A model generated the notes under the pieces. It worked only from the letters and a program-made list of their open reading frames with translations, was not told where the DNA came from and searched no databases. A program made the translations under genes and the position numbers. A DNA stretch of 64,000 bases from Bacteroidaceae bacterium (GTDB lineage Bacteria > Bacteroidota > Bacteroidia > Bacteroidales > Bacteroidaceae): the NCBI GenBank assembly GCA_024398715.1, contig JAKSIP010000011.1:880-64879 (forward strand). The letters run 5' to 3'. Every line of letters starts with the position of its first letter. The stretch's first letter is position 1. This document shows positions 17,962-27,785 of this stretch, piece after piece.

Positions 17962-19662
17962 ATGCAGGGCGCACCTTTGATTGGTATTACGGCCCATCTT
18001 AAAGATAATTCCGCTACATTGGGCAATGGCTATTACCGGGCTGTACAGGTTGCCGGTGGAGTGCCTGTAATCATTCCTCCTTTCACAACCAGAGAACAAT
18101 GTGACGCAATCCTTGATTCTGTTGACGGAATACTGTTTTCCGGAGGTCCGGATATCCAACCTGAATATTTCGGTCAGGAACCGCATTCTTCAGTTTCAGT
18201 TAATGCCGAGCGTGATTTGAGTGAAATGATGCTGGCGCATGCGGCTGTGGAACGTTGTATGCCTGTTCTGGGCATATGCCGCGGAATCCAGCTGCTGACA
18301 GTGGCAATGGGTGGTACTTTGTATCAGGATATATCACTTTTCCCGGGTAACGGTAATACCGTAGGACATAAACCTGTTCCACCATGCGATGACGATGTAT
18401 GGCACAATATTTCTGTAGATGGGAATTCCATTATCGGGTCGTTGTTGGGTACAAACCGTCTGACTGTAAACAGTTATCATCACCAGATTGTAGATAAACT
18501 GCCGGCAGAATTGAAACCTGTGGCATGGACGGACGATGGTGCTGTAGAGGCGGTAGAGTCCTCTTTGCGAACTCTGATAGCGGTCCAGTGGCATCCGGAA
18601 CGCATGTTCCTGAAAGGGAATGACCTGTGTATGCCTTTGTTCAGATGGCTGGTAGAGAAGTCTGCCAATTATGCAGGTTTGCGTGAATTCCATTCAAAAC
18701 ATATTATTCTTGACTCCCATTGCGATACACCTATGCTGTTCCAAACAGGTACGGAGTTTGCAAATGCAGAAAGTGAGGCCCTGGTTACTTTACCCGGGAT
18801 GAAAGCTGGCGGTCTTGGTACCAGTTTCATGGTAGCCTATATTCCTCAGAAAGAACGTAGCCAGGAAGGTCTGGCACAGGCTACTGCAAAAGCAGAACAT
18901 ATTCTTGATCTGATAGAGAATCAGGTTGGAACCAATAAGGAATCTGTTGTATTGGCTAATACTCCTGCTCAGATACGCGCAGCCATATCTATGGGAAAGA
19001 AAGTGATTGTACGTGGAATAGAGAACGGATACGCATTGGGTAAAGACCTGTCTTTGGTTGGACACTTCAAGAGAAGAGGAGTAACTTATATCACTTTATG
19101 CCACAACGGCGATAATGACATTTGCGATTCGGCCAAAGGAAACAGTGAACATAATGGTTTGTCTGCTTTTGGCAGGCAGGTTGTTGCAGAGATGAACAGA
19201 CTGGGAATTATGGTTGATTTGTCCCATGCTTCTGAAAAGAGTTTTTGGGATGCTCTGGAATGCAGCCGGGCTCCAATATTCTGTTCCCACTCCTCTTGCC
19301 GTGCGTTGTGTGACCATAGAAGAAATCTTTCAGACCAACAGATAGCTGCACTGGCCAAATCCGGAGGCGTGATGCAGATATGCATTTATGGAGGCTTTTT
19401 GGAAAATGATGAATCTGCAGCCAATGTGCATTCTGCTGTCAGACATATAATGCATGCAATTGATATTGCCGGCATAGATCATGTTGGAATAGGAACAGAT
19501 ATGGACGGAGGCGGTGGGGTCCCCGGTCTTGAAAATGTCTGTTCAATAATGAATCTGACCCGTTTGTTGGGAGAAGAGGGGCTGGACGACAGCCATCTGG
19601 CAAAATTATGGGGCGAAAACCTGCTGGATTACTTTGACAGGGTTAATCTTTTGGCGGAATAG
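17962..19662 (+). CDS. Fusion: class-I glutamine amidotransferase-like gamma-glutamyl hydrolase (peptidase C26) + membrane dipeptidase (peptidase M19)
   Basis: The N-terminal half has GICRGIQLL and QWHPE (C26/PuuD-like). The C-terminal half has ILDSHCDTP and the DLSH and HVGIGTDMDG motifs of M19 renal-type dipeptidases. Confidence 0.85.
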   Translation: MQGAPLIGITAHLKDNSATLGNGYYRAVQVAGGVPVIIPPFTTREQCDAILDSVDGILFSGGPDIQPEYFGQEPHSSVSVNAERDLSEMMLAHAAVERCMPVLGICRGIQLLTVAMGGTLYQDISLFPGNGNTVGHKPVPPCDDDVWHNISVDGNSIIGSLLGTNRLTVNSYHHQIVDKLPAELKPVAWTDDGAVEAVESSLRTLIAVQWHPERMFLKGNDLCMPLFRWLVEKSANYAGLREFHSKHIILDSHCDTPMLFQTGTEFANAESEALVTLPGMKAGGLGTSFMVAYIPQKERSQEGLAQATAKAEHILDLIENQVGTNKESVVLANTPAQIRAAISMGKKVIVRGIENGYALGKDLSLVGHFKRRGVTYITLCHNGDNDICDSAKGNSEHNGLSAFGRQVVAEMNRLGIMVDLSHASEKSFWDALECSRAPIFCSHSSCRALCDHRRNLSDQQIAALAKSGGVMQICIYGGFLENDESAANVHSAVRHIMHAIDIAGIDHVGIGTDMDGGGGVPGLENVCSIMNLTRLLGEEGLDDSHLAKLWGENLLDYFDRVNLLAE

Positions 19663-21628
19663 TATATCTCTCCTGGAACTCTTTGGCGCGTTCCCAGTTC
19701 CTGTTCTTTATTGTTTTCTCCTTATCAGGCTTCTGCTTTGTTATTTTGGCTGATTTCTGTTTGTATATAGGCTGATTTGTAACATCCCACATATCATCGG
19801 TCTCTATATCCCAATTGGCCTTTACCTCGAATTCATGATTCAAATACCACATTTCTTCCGGCATAAGTCCCAAATCCCAGTCTCCAGTATCCCATTTGCC
19901 GTTCTGATTCCGGTCATACCACATTCTTACCCAATATGTCCCCGCTTTAAGGAAGAAGAATGTTGTTTCTCCCTTATTGTTCTTAATGTCAAGAACCTGG
20001 TTCCTGACAGGACTTCCGTCTTTCTTCAACAGCGTAACGGTATAACCCGGTTTGGGATCTTTGACATTAATGGTTAGGGAACCGTATGTTTCCAAAGCTT
20101 CAAAACCGAAACTCTGCTCTATCCTGTTGTTGTAAAGTTTCCTGTCCAAATCGGATATTGAAGCGGAATCAATGCATACCTTATATTTCCCTTTGGGCTG
20201 CCATTCTGCGTATATGCGGAACAGACGCGGATTAAGCATGTCAGGTTCCAATTCAAAATCCATATCGTAATACAACGTGTCTATCAGTTCCTTGATACGG
20301 AAATGTGCTGCGTCTACTCCATATACCGGTTCCTTGAAGCTGACTTGAAGAACCTTGTTCAAATCCATTTTTGCTCCGGTGTTGAAACTTACCTCAAGAA
20401 ACTCCTTGGGAGGATAGAGCAACGATGCTATTTTGGCACTGTCCTCTACCGGGTCAAGACGTTTGAGCTCCTTTTCAATCCTTTTCTCTTTTTCTTTTTT
20501 CCTTTCAGCTTCTTCTTTCAGTAACTGTGCACGCCTTTTTTTAGGGATGAGTTTTAATGTGTCGGTTGTCTGAACCAGATTGCCTGTTGTATCTGTGGCA
20601 AGGTATTGCATTGAGATGAGCAAAGTGTCCTTGTAACTTAGCAATGAGTCCTTTACCCAATAATGCAACGTATCCAATGTGGCATTTTTTTCCAGTATGA
20701 AAGCATTGTTTTCATCAAAATTCAATCCCTTTATTATTGGAAGCGTATCTGCCTGCTTTGCAAAGTAGAAGGAAATCTTGTTCAGGGCTGTACGTTCAAA
20801 TTTGGACAGATATTGCTGTGAAGATTCTTTTTTTGATGCTAAAACAACCAGGTCATCGGGGAAGAAATGGGTGTATTGGACTGTCAGAACGGTGTCAATG
20901 CGTATAGTGTCAAACATTATGGAGTCCAAACGGAATCTCTGTTCAGAGGATGGTGTGAATATTGTGCTGCATACGCCCCATGTCTCTCCTTCCTGGGAAT
21001 AGGTACCGGACTGGTCCATATCCTGCAATGCAAACAGACGGTACGGTTTTTTTGCAAGTCCTTTTATTGTAAAGTGCCCGCTGCCATCCGTCCGCGATAC
21101 CCGCTCAAACTGTTTTGTAGTGAAAACGCTGTCTGACAGATCACTGTAAACACCTACTGTCATACCTTTGATCGGCTCAAGATTGCTTGCGTCCAGCACA
21201 TAGCCTGATACCTGCATGGTGTCAATCTCCTTGCCGGTAGAGAATGTGAAACAATAGTCTCCCATAGGGTTGCCCTCGTTGTTGTCTACAATGGCATCGG
21301 CAAAATCTATTGTATATGTGGTGTTTTCTTTCAGACTGTCATAAAACTGAATCTGTACGCGCTTTCCAATGATTTTGATTGTTGGCTGCTCTGTCTGTGG
21401 GGGAGAAAATACAACTTTCTCTGCCATATTTTCAATCTTGATGAACTCATCAAAATCTATATTGACCTTTTTCCCGGAAAACTCTGTCTGGTATGGCTGG
21501 GGGTGACTGTTGACAATACGCGGGGGAACCTCATCGTAAGGACCTCCATCGGGGGAACCTACACTTGCGCAGGCACATAATGACAATATCAATGTCCAAG
21601 CTGGAATTTTATTGAAAATGTTCATCAT
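19643..21628 (-). CDS. Conserved lipoprotein with SbsA-type Ig-like domain
   Basis: Lipobox LILSLCAC followed by GSPDGGPYDEVPP. 661 aa. Overlaps the rnc stop, indicating an operon. Confidence 0.7.
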   Translation of the reverse strand: MMNIFNKIPAWTLILSLCACASVGSPDGGPYDEVPPRIVNSHPQPYQTEFSGKKVNIDFDEFIKIENMAEKVVFSPPQTEQPTIKIIGKRVQIQFYDSLKENTTYTIDFADAIVDNNEGNPMGDYCFTFSTGKEIDTMQVSGYVLDASNLEPIKGMTVGVYSDLSDSVFTTKQFERVSRTDGSGHFTIKGLAKKPYRLFALQDMDQSGTYSQEGETWGVCSTIFTPSSEQRFRLDSIMFDTIRIDTVLTVQYTHFFPDDLVVLASKKESSQQYLSKFERTALNKISFYFAKQADTLPIIKGLNFDENNAFILEKNATLDTLHYWVKDSLLSYKDTLLISMQYLATDTTGNLVQTTDTLKLIPKKRRAQLLKEEAERKKEKEKRIEKELKRLDPVEDSAKIASLLYPPKEFLEVSFNTGAKMDLNKVLQVSFKEPVYGVDAAHFRIKELIDTLYYDMDFELEPDMLNPRLFRIYAEWQPKGKYKVCIDSASISDLDRKLYNNRIEQSFGFEALETYGSLTINVKDPKPGYTVTLLKKDGSPVRNQVLDIKNNKGETTFFFLKAGTYWVRMWYDRNQNGKWDTGDWDLGLMPEEMWYLNHEFEVKANWDIETDDMWDVTNQPIYKQKSAKITKQKPDKEKTIKNRNWERAKEFQERYTIPPKD

Positions 21629-22368
21629 TCAATATGGCTTTTTACATACTTTATTGCCTGACTGCAGGCTTTCTGATGGCTCTCTTTTTTGGTGAATCCC
21701 ATTCCTTTGCCAATTTCATGCCCGTCAAGAACTATTGTGGTGTTGAATACAGGTTCGTGTTCCGTGCCGCTCTGTTCCGTCAGGAATTGGGCATCAAGTC
21801 TGTATTTCTGACACTGTTGCATGAAAATGGTTTTGTAATCCGGATCAAAGTTAGCCATTTTATCGAAATATGGTCTGATTAACTTTTCTTCTATGAATTT
21901 TCTGCATTTTTTCATGCCAAGGTCAAGATATACTGCGCAAATAAACGCCTCAACAACATTCCCCGTTACATAGCTGTTGTGGAATCTGTGCTCCAGAGAA
22001 GATTTGTTTATCAGTTTGGCCAATCCTATTTCGTTGCAAAGATAACCAAGAGATTTGCGTTTGACAAATCTGCTGCGCATGTCTGTCAGAAAACCTTCGT
22101 CTTTGTTCCTGTATCTGTCATATACGTATATGGCTACATAGTTGCCAAGTATGGCATCGCCCAGGAATTCCATACGCTCGTTGGTAATCCCTTCCGGCAC
22201 CTGTCTTTTCTTGTGCTGGTTTGCGAAAGCTGACGGTGTAGTCAGTGCCAAGTGGTAATATGCACTGTTTTTTGGGCAGAATCCGGTAATATCGTATATG
22301 GAACAACAAAACTCCCGTTCCTTCCGGAACAAGAGTTTTATTGGATATTTCAACGGATTATAAGACAT
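21625..22368 (-). CDS. rnc: Ribonuclease III
   Basis: RNase III signature ERMEFLGDAIL and a C-terminal dsRBD. There is a 1-nt overlap with the fabF stop. Confidence 0.9.
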   Translation of the reverse strand: MSYNPLKYPIKLLFRKEREFCCSIYDITGFCPKNSAYYHLALTTPSAFANQHKKRQVPEGITNERMEFLGDAILGNYVAIYVYDRYRNKDEGFLTDMRSRFVKRKSLGYLCNEIGLAKLINKSSLEHRFHNSYVTGNVVEAFICAVYLDLGMKKCRKFIEEKLIRPYFDKMANFDPDYKTIFMQQCQKYRLDAQFLTEQSGTEHEPVFNTTIVLDGHEIGKGMGFTKKESHQKACSQAIKYVKSHIE

Positions 22369-23633
22369 CAGGCCTGATATTTTTTGAATATCAGTGCGGC
22401 ATTGTGCCCACCGAAACCAAATGCGTTGGAAAGTGCAGTGTTGATGTCTCTTTTCTGGGCTTTGTTGAAAGTGAAGTTAATGTTGTAGTCTATGTTTTCG
22501 TCAAGATCGTCTTGGGCGTGATTGATGGTTGGCGGAATTATTCCGTTTTTGACGGCAAGCACGCACAAAATCCCTTCAATAGCTCCAGCTGCTCCCAACA
22601 GATGACCTGTCATTGATTTTGTGGCGCTCAGGTTCATTTTATAGATATGATCTCCGAATACATTTCTGATAGCTTTGCACTCTGCAATATCGCCTATCGG
22701 AGTGGATGTGCCGTGAAGATTGATGTAGTCAATATCTTCAGGTTTCATTCCTGCATCTTCCAGTGCGTTTTGCATTACTTTGCTTGCACCCTTACCTTCT
22801 GGATCCGGGGCGGTAATGTGATATGCGTCCGATGACAGACCCCATCCGCCAACTTCTGCATAGATTTTTGCTCCTCTTGCAAGCGCATGCTCAAGTTCCT
22901 CAAGTACCAGAACGCCGGAACCTTCTCCCATTACAAAACCGTCTCTGCTTTTGCTTAACGGACGTGATGCGGTTTCAGGTGATTCGTTTCTTGTTGAGAT
23001 GGCATGCATGATATTGAAGCCTGTAATAGCACATTCAACTACAACAGATTCGCTGCCGCCGGTAAGAATTGCGTCCGCTTTTCCCAATCTGATAAGGTTG
23101 ATGGCATCTATTATGGCGTTATTTCCCGATGCGCATGCCGATGCAGCAGTGTAACTGGGACCGGTAAGCCCATATCTGATTGCTATGTTTCCGGCTGCAA
23201 TATTACCAATGATTTTAGGTATGAAAAACGGTGTAATCTTCAATTCCGTGTCCTGTGCCTTTTGTGTATGGAGGTTTTCCACCTCTGATTGGAATGTCTC
23301 CAGCCCACAGAACCCTACGCCAAGAATAACACCGTAGCGGTCATTGTTCCCTGATAAATCCAGACCTGAATCTTTGATGGCCTGGTCTGCTGCGGCCAAT
23401 GCGTATTGTGACAGTGGATCAAGCTTCCTTGCCTCTTTACGGTCTACAAGATTTTCAATATTGAAATCTTTGACCTGGCAGGCGAACTTTGTTTTGGTCC
23501 AGTTGACGTTATATTTAGTAATGGGACTTGCACCGCTTACGCCATTTACGCAATTGTTCCAGAATGTTGGAATATCATTGCCAAGTGGCGTAATTGCTCC
23601 AAGTCCCGTTACTACAACTCTTTTCAACTCCAT
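22368..23633 (-). CDS. fabF: Beta-ketoacyl-ACP synthase II
   Basis: 421 aa with active-site context AASACASGNNAI, HGTSTP and GFGGHNA. Confidence 0.93.
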   Translation of the reverse strand: MELKRVVVTGLGAITPLGNDIPTFWNNCVNGVSGASPITKYNVNWTKTKFACQVKDFNIENLVDRKEARKLDPLSQYALAAADQAIKDSGLDLSGNNDRYGVILGVGFCGLETFQSEVENLHTQKAQDTELKITPFFIPKIIGNIAAGNIAIRYGLTGPSYTAASACASGNNAIIDAINLIRLGKADAILTGGSESVVVECAITGFNIMHAISTRNESPETASRPLSKSRDGFVMGEGSGVLVLEELEHALARGAKIYAEVGGWGLSSDAYHITAPDPEGKGASKVMQNALEDAGMKPEDIDYINLHGTSTPIGDIAECKAIRNVFGDHIYKMNLSATKSMTGHLLGAAGAIEGILCVLAVKNGIIPPTINHAQDDLDENIDYNINFTFNKAQKRDINTALSNAFGFGGHNAALIFKKYQA

Positions 23634-23656
23634 AAGCGAGAGTGATTGAAGTTGCC

Positions 23657-23902
23657 TTATTGTTGAACTGTTTTCTCCAAGTATGTGATTACATCGCCGA
23701 CAGTGGCAATCTTTTCAGCCTGCTCCTCAGGAATCTGAATGCCGAATTCCTTTTCAAACTCCATAATCAACTCTACGGTGTCAAGAGAGTCTGCACCAAG
23801 ATCATTGGCAAAGCTAGCCTCCGGTGTAACTTCTGACTGTTCTACGCCAAGTTTGTCAACAACAATCTGAATAACTCTCTCTGCAATTTGTGAATCTGCC
23901 AT
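23657..23902 (-). CDS. acpP: Acyl carrier protein
   Basis: 81 aa with the phosphopantetheine site LGADSLD. Confidence 0.93.
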   Translation of the reverse strand: MADSQIAERVIQIVVDKLGVEQSEVTPEASFANDLGADSLDTVELIMEFEKEFGIQIPEEQAEKIATVGDVITYLEKTVQQ

Positions 23903-23946
23903 AATTATAAAATATTAGTTATTTGATATAAATTTCAAAATCCTCT

Positions 23947-23954
23947 GCAAAGGT
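23947..23954 (-). promoter_or_regulatory. Candidate -7 box (TACCTTTG on the minus strand) for acpP-fabF-rnc
   Basis: CAAAGGTA on the plus strand, 44 nt upstream of ATG 23902. A TTTG (-33-like) lies 21 nt further upstream (plus-strand CAAA 23976-23979). Confidence 0.4.
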
Positions 23955-24061
23955 ATTCTGAATTGTACTCTGTAGCAAAAAATGTGCTGAATAAATGGCG
24001 AAATTTGCACAAATACGTCAATGATGTGCAATTTATATGTTAAAATGGTTAGAAAAAATTA

Positions 24062-25096
24062 TCAATTGATATTCAGAACTGAATCCACTTTCCTGATAAT
24101 GGTTTCAGATTCAATTCCGGTCATGCACCGGTAATCTGCATATCTGCATGGTTTCTTTCCGAATATTGAACACGGTCTGCAAGGAAGCTCCACCTGAATA
24201 ATGTTGTCTGCAGATTGTCCGTATCCCAAAAAACCGGTAAACGGGTGTGTGGCTCCCCATATTGATATGACAGGTGTGCCTGCACAAGAGGCAAGATGCA
24301 TGTTTGAGGAATCCATTCCGATCAGAAGGTCAAGCTGGCTCATAAGGTTAAGTTCACCCTTCAGTCCACCCATCTCTTTGCCAACTATCGATGTGTTTGC
24401 GTACCGTTCGCTCCATGGAACTGCAATATCAAGTTCTTCTTTCCCGAATGCAAAGACAAATATCCTGTATCCTTTGTCTGATAGAGCTGCAATTGTCTTT
24501 TCCATAGTGTGCGGTGGCAGTATTTTGCCTTTATGGGCGGCAAATGGCGCTATGCCTATCCATTTGCATTTTTTCTGGCCGGTAATCTGTTCTATCTGTT
24601 CCAGATTCCCTTTCCTGTCGGGATATATTGATTCGAATTTTAACGGGAAACCAATACCCAACTTTTGGAAAACCTTTCTGTATTTTTCTGTTGCAGGCAG
24701 CAACTGCTGCATTTTTTTGTTGTGAATGCGTACAAGCCTGTGCCTGCGGCATCTTTCTTTGTCTATGGTACTTACCTTTATGAAATGAATCCTGAAGAAA
24801 AAACCAAGTACAAAGGTTCGCAGAACGCCATGCAGGTCTGCAACCGCATCGAATTTCTTTTGTGCTGTTATTTCTTTGAACAGGCGTCTTATTCCTGGAA
24901 TCCCTTTATACTCTTTAAGATTAACGCCGTGGAATATTAGATTTTCCGGTGCAAATTCAAAAAGTGGAGCAAAGCGGTTTTGCGTAAGAACGGTTATACT
25001 GTATTCCGGATGTGCTTCAGCCAGAGACCTTAATACCGGCACGGTAAGCGCAACGTCTCCAATTGATGAAAAACGTATTGCCAGTATATTTTTCAT
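24062..25096 (-). CDS. Glycosyltransferase family 9 (heptosyltransferase-like)
   Basis: 344 aa with IRFSSIGDV at the N-terminus and GMDSSNMHLA, both typical of GT9. Confidence 0.85.
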   Translation of the reverse strand: MKNILAIRFSSIGDVALTVPVLRSLAEAHPEYSITVLTQNRFAPLFEFAPENLIFHGVNLKEYKGIPGIRRLFKEITAQKKFDAVADLHGVLRTFVLGFFFRIHFIKVSTIDKERCRRHRLVRIHNKKMQQLLPATEKYRKVFQKLGIGFPLKFESIYPDRKGNLEQIEQITGQKKCKWIGIAPFAAHKGKILPPHTMEKTIAALSDKGYRIFVFAFGKEELDIAVPWSERYANTSIVGKEMGGLKGELNLMSQLDLLIGMDSSNMHLASCAGTPVISIWGATHPFTGFLGYGQSADNIIQVELPCRPCSIFGKKPCRYADYRCMTGIESETIIRKVDSVLNIN

Positions 25097-25698
25097 TTGT
25101 TTTTGTAAAGAACCGGATTAAGTGCGGGGTCGTTGTACATTTTCATCTGTTTATAGACTTTCATGTATTTGCGGCCGTTCTGCATATCGTCAAGCAAGGT
25201 GTCAATTGCCTGCATAAGGTCTTTTTTCTGCTCAAGCAATACTGCAAGCTTCTCTTTGCACTTTGCCTGAACCTGCGGAGCATTGTCTGTACGGTTTGCC
25301 TCAATTTCCATGTGATGGATTTTGAGTGCCAGAATTGACAGACGGTCAATGGCCCATGCCGGACTTTCCGTATTGATTGTTGCGTCTGCAAGAGTCTTTA
25401 CGCTTCCAAACTGCTCAAGGAAATAACTGTCTATCATTTCTACCAGATCCGTACGGTCCTGATTGGACTTGTCAATACGGCGTTTGATGGCCAATGCGTT
25501 TACCGGGTCAATTTCCGGGTCGCGGATTATGTCTTCCAGATGCCATTGTACAGTGTCAATCCAGTTTTTGAGATAAAGACGGTTCTCAATAGTACTCTGG
25601 GCGTATGGATTGCAAATAGGTGTGTCAACGTTATCTTTTTTATGATAGTCGGCAATTGCCTTGTTGAATATTTCAAAACTTGATTCGCAGAATGACAT
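25093..25698 (-). CDS. DUF4254-like protein
   Basis: 201 aa, helical. ATGA coupling to the GT9 gene. The family name is from memory of the conserved GT9 neighbour in Bacteroidetes. Confidence 0.6.
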   Translation of the reverse strand: MSFCESSFEIFNKAIADYHKKDNVDTPICNPYAQSTIENRLYLKNWIDTVQWHLEDIIRDPEIDPVNALAIKRRIDKSNQDRTDLVEMIDSYFLEQFGSVKTLADATINTESPAWAIDRLSILALKIHHMEIEANRTDNAPQVQAKCKEKLAVLLEQKKDLMQAIDTLLDDMQNGRKYMKVYKQMKMYNDPALNPVLYKNK

Positions 25699-25740
25699 AA
25701 TGTATCTTTTAAAATTCCAGCCGCGAAGTTAGTGAAAAAA

Positions 25741-26292
25741 TTATAGATAATAAACAAATTCCGGACCTGTGTTGAATAAAAGGTCTAATATTGAGAGATT
25801 TCCAACAAAACCGTTCCTGTTTTTGAATACCTGCCAATAAGGTTTTTCCGTATAGACAGGTTCTATTTGGATCCCTGAAAAAGATTCAGTTGCCATAATG
25901 GTACTTCCAATATCCAGAAGTTCCGTCAGTTTCACTATCAGATTCATATTCAAATCGTACAGAAATGTATATTTTTTGTCTATGATACTGAATATGTCGT
26001 CTTTATAATACAGAAAGAACGGGGAGTTCATGTATGCTGTTTCCAATGCCGATTTGTGCTGGTGGCGCCAATCGTGATGTGCACTTATGCGTACGTCTCT
26101 GGTGTGTATTTTGAATGGACTGCTTTCAACGGGAACGGTAAGGGTCTGTACGCCGTTGCTGTCTGCTATCCTGCAGCGGTTTCTTACTGTCTGTTTTGTA
26201 TAATTGTCAAAACCCTCAATATATATACTGCCTGTTTGGTTGATAGCCTGAAACCAACTGACAGGTGGCATGTATGCCGATGTCAACACCAT
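25741..26292 (-). CDS. WbqC-like family protein
   Basis: The track start 26298 is a TTG, so I use ATG 26292 (MVLTSAYMPPVSWF). The size and N-terminal motif resemble WbqC. Confidence 0.65.
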   Translation of the reverse strand: MVLTSAYMPPVSWFQAINQTGSIYIEGFDNYTKQTVRNRCRIADSNGVQTLTVPVESSPFKIHTRDVRISAHHDWRHQHKSALETAYMNSPFFLYYKDDIFSIIDKKYTFLYDLNMNLIVKLTELLDIGSTIMATESFSGIQIEPVYTEKPYWQVFKNRNGFVGNLSILDLLFNTGPEFVYYL

Positions 26293-26294
26293 TT

Positions 26295-27764
26295 TCAATT
26301 GTAGTTTTTAACGGCATGGAACAGTCTGTTCCAACGGATTTTCCCTTTTTGTCCCAAACTCTTGTCCTTGTCCAAAGATAGCCATACCAGTACAGGACGG
26401 CCTACAATGTGGTCTTCCGGGACAAACCCCCAATAACGGGAATCAGCACTGTTGTGGCGGTTGTCTCCCATCATCCAGTAGTAATCCATCTGGAATGTGT
26501 ATGAGTCTGATTCTTTGCCGTTGATATAAATGGTCCCGCCATCAACTGTCAGATCATTCAACTCGTAATTTCTGATGATTCTTTCATAGAAAGGCAGGTT
26601 GTCCAAGGTGAGTTCTACACTCTCTCCTTTCTTAGGTATCCATATAGGCCCGTAATTGTCTATTGTCCAATGTGTGGGCTTGTTGTGAGGGAACAGATTC
26701 ATTTCTGAAAATTCATTGTTGTCTTTGCTGAAAACAATCTTTTCTATATGTGCCACTATGTCTTTTCTCTTTTCAAGGACTTGTGCAGAGTGTCCTGTCA
26801 GTGGCAGATAATATGTCATACCGCCCTTATTGTATTGTTGTGGCAAGTCCTCCAGACTGATGCCAAGATCCTGTCTCAATTGTGCAGGAACAGGTTTCAG
26901 CAAAGATATCTGATATAGAAACTGGACATTGTCCGGCTGTTTGTTCTCTTGTCCGTCTATGAAAATAATTCCGTCTTTTATTTCAAGAGTCTGTCCAGGC
27001 AATCCTACACACCGCTTCACATAATTTTCGCGGCGGTCAACCGGTCTCCATACCACTTTCCCGTAATGTTCTCTGTTTGCAAGCAATATCTTGCGTCCCT
27101 TGTTATAGCATTCCTGATAATAATTTCTCTGTTCTGCCAAAGACAAAGTGTCTGGGTTTACAGATCTGTTTTTACCTTTTTCATAAACAAGCCCGTAATA
27201 ATCTGAGCTCTGTTCATGCAATGCTACCGTGTCTCCGCTTGGATAATTGAATACAACAATGTCATTCAGAGCTATGCTTCTCAAACCTTTCACACGCTGG
27301 TATTTCAGCTGCGGCCATTCAATGTAACTCTTGTTTTTGCTGATTGGCATGGTGTGCTGGGTAAGAGGCATTGTGAGCGGAGTCATTGGCTTGCGCGGTC
27401 CGTATGCTACTTTGCTTACATACAGATAGTCTCCTACAAGCAGAGACTTTTCCAGAGACGAGGAAGGTATTGTGTAGTTCTGGAATATGTAAAGGTTTAC
27501 AAAATAAACCGCCACCAATGCGAAGACTATGGCATCGACCCAGCTCATGATATTGCGTGCGGTATCATTCTTGAGCTGTTTCCACCATGTCCATTTTATC
27601 AGTTTTGTAATGTAGACATCGAAAATGAAAGGTATGACAATGATGCCGAAAATACTCCTTATCCATATGAGGAATAAAATGTACAACGCTGTAACTACAC
27701 CCATTTTTATCCAAGCCCTTCCTGGAGCGTCTTCCATTCTTTTTTTCAAATCTGCCAATGTCAT
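26295..27764 (-). CDS. lepB: Signal peptidase I (long Bacteroidetes form)
   Basis: N-terminal TM segments, SSLEKSLLVGD (catalytic Ser box) and GDNRHNSADSRYWGFVP. Confidence 0.9.
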   Translation of the reverse strand: MTLADLKKRMEDAPGRAWIKMGVVTALYILFLIWIRSIFGIIVIPFIFDVYITKLIKWTWWKQLKNDTARNIMSWVDAIVFALVAVYFVNLYIFQNYTIPSSSLEKSLLVGDYLYVSKVAYGPRKPMTPLTMPLTQHTMPISKNKSYIEWPQLKYQRVKGLRSIALNDIVVFNYPSGDTVALHEQSSDYYGLVYEKGKNRSVNPDTLSLAEQRNYYQECYNKGRKILLANREHYGKVVWRPVDRRENYVKRCVGLPGQTLEIKDGIIFIDGQENKQPDNVQFLYQISLLKPVPAQLRQDLGISLEDLPQQYNKGGMTYYLPLTGHSAQVLEKRKDIVAHIEKIVFSKDNNEFSEMNLFPHNKPTHWTIDNYGPIWIPKKGESVELTLDNLPFYERIIRNYELNDLTVDGGTIYINGKESDSYTFQMDYYWMMGDNRHNSADSRYWGFVPEDHIVGRPVLVWLSLDKDKSLGQKGKIRWNRLFHAVKNYN

Positions 27765-27785
27765 ATCTGCTGTCTTTTACTTGTT

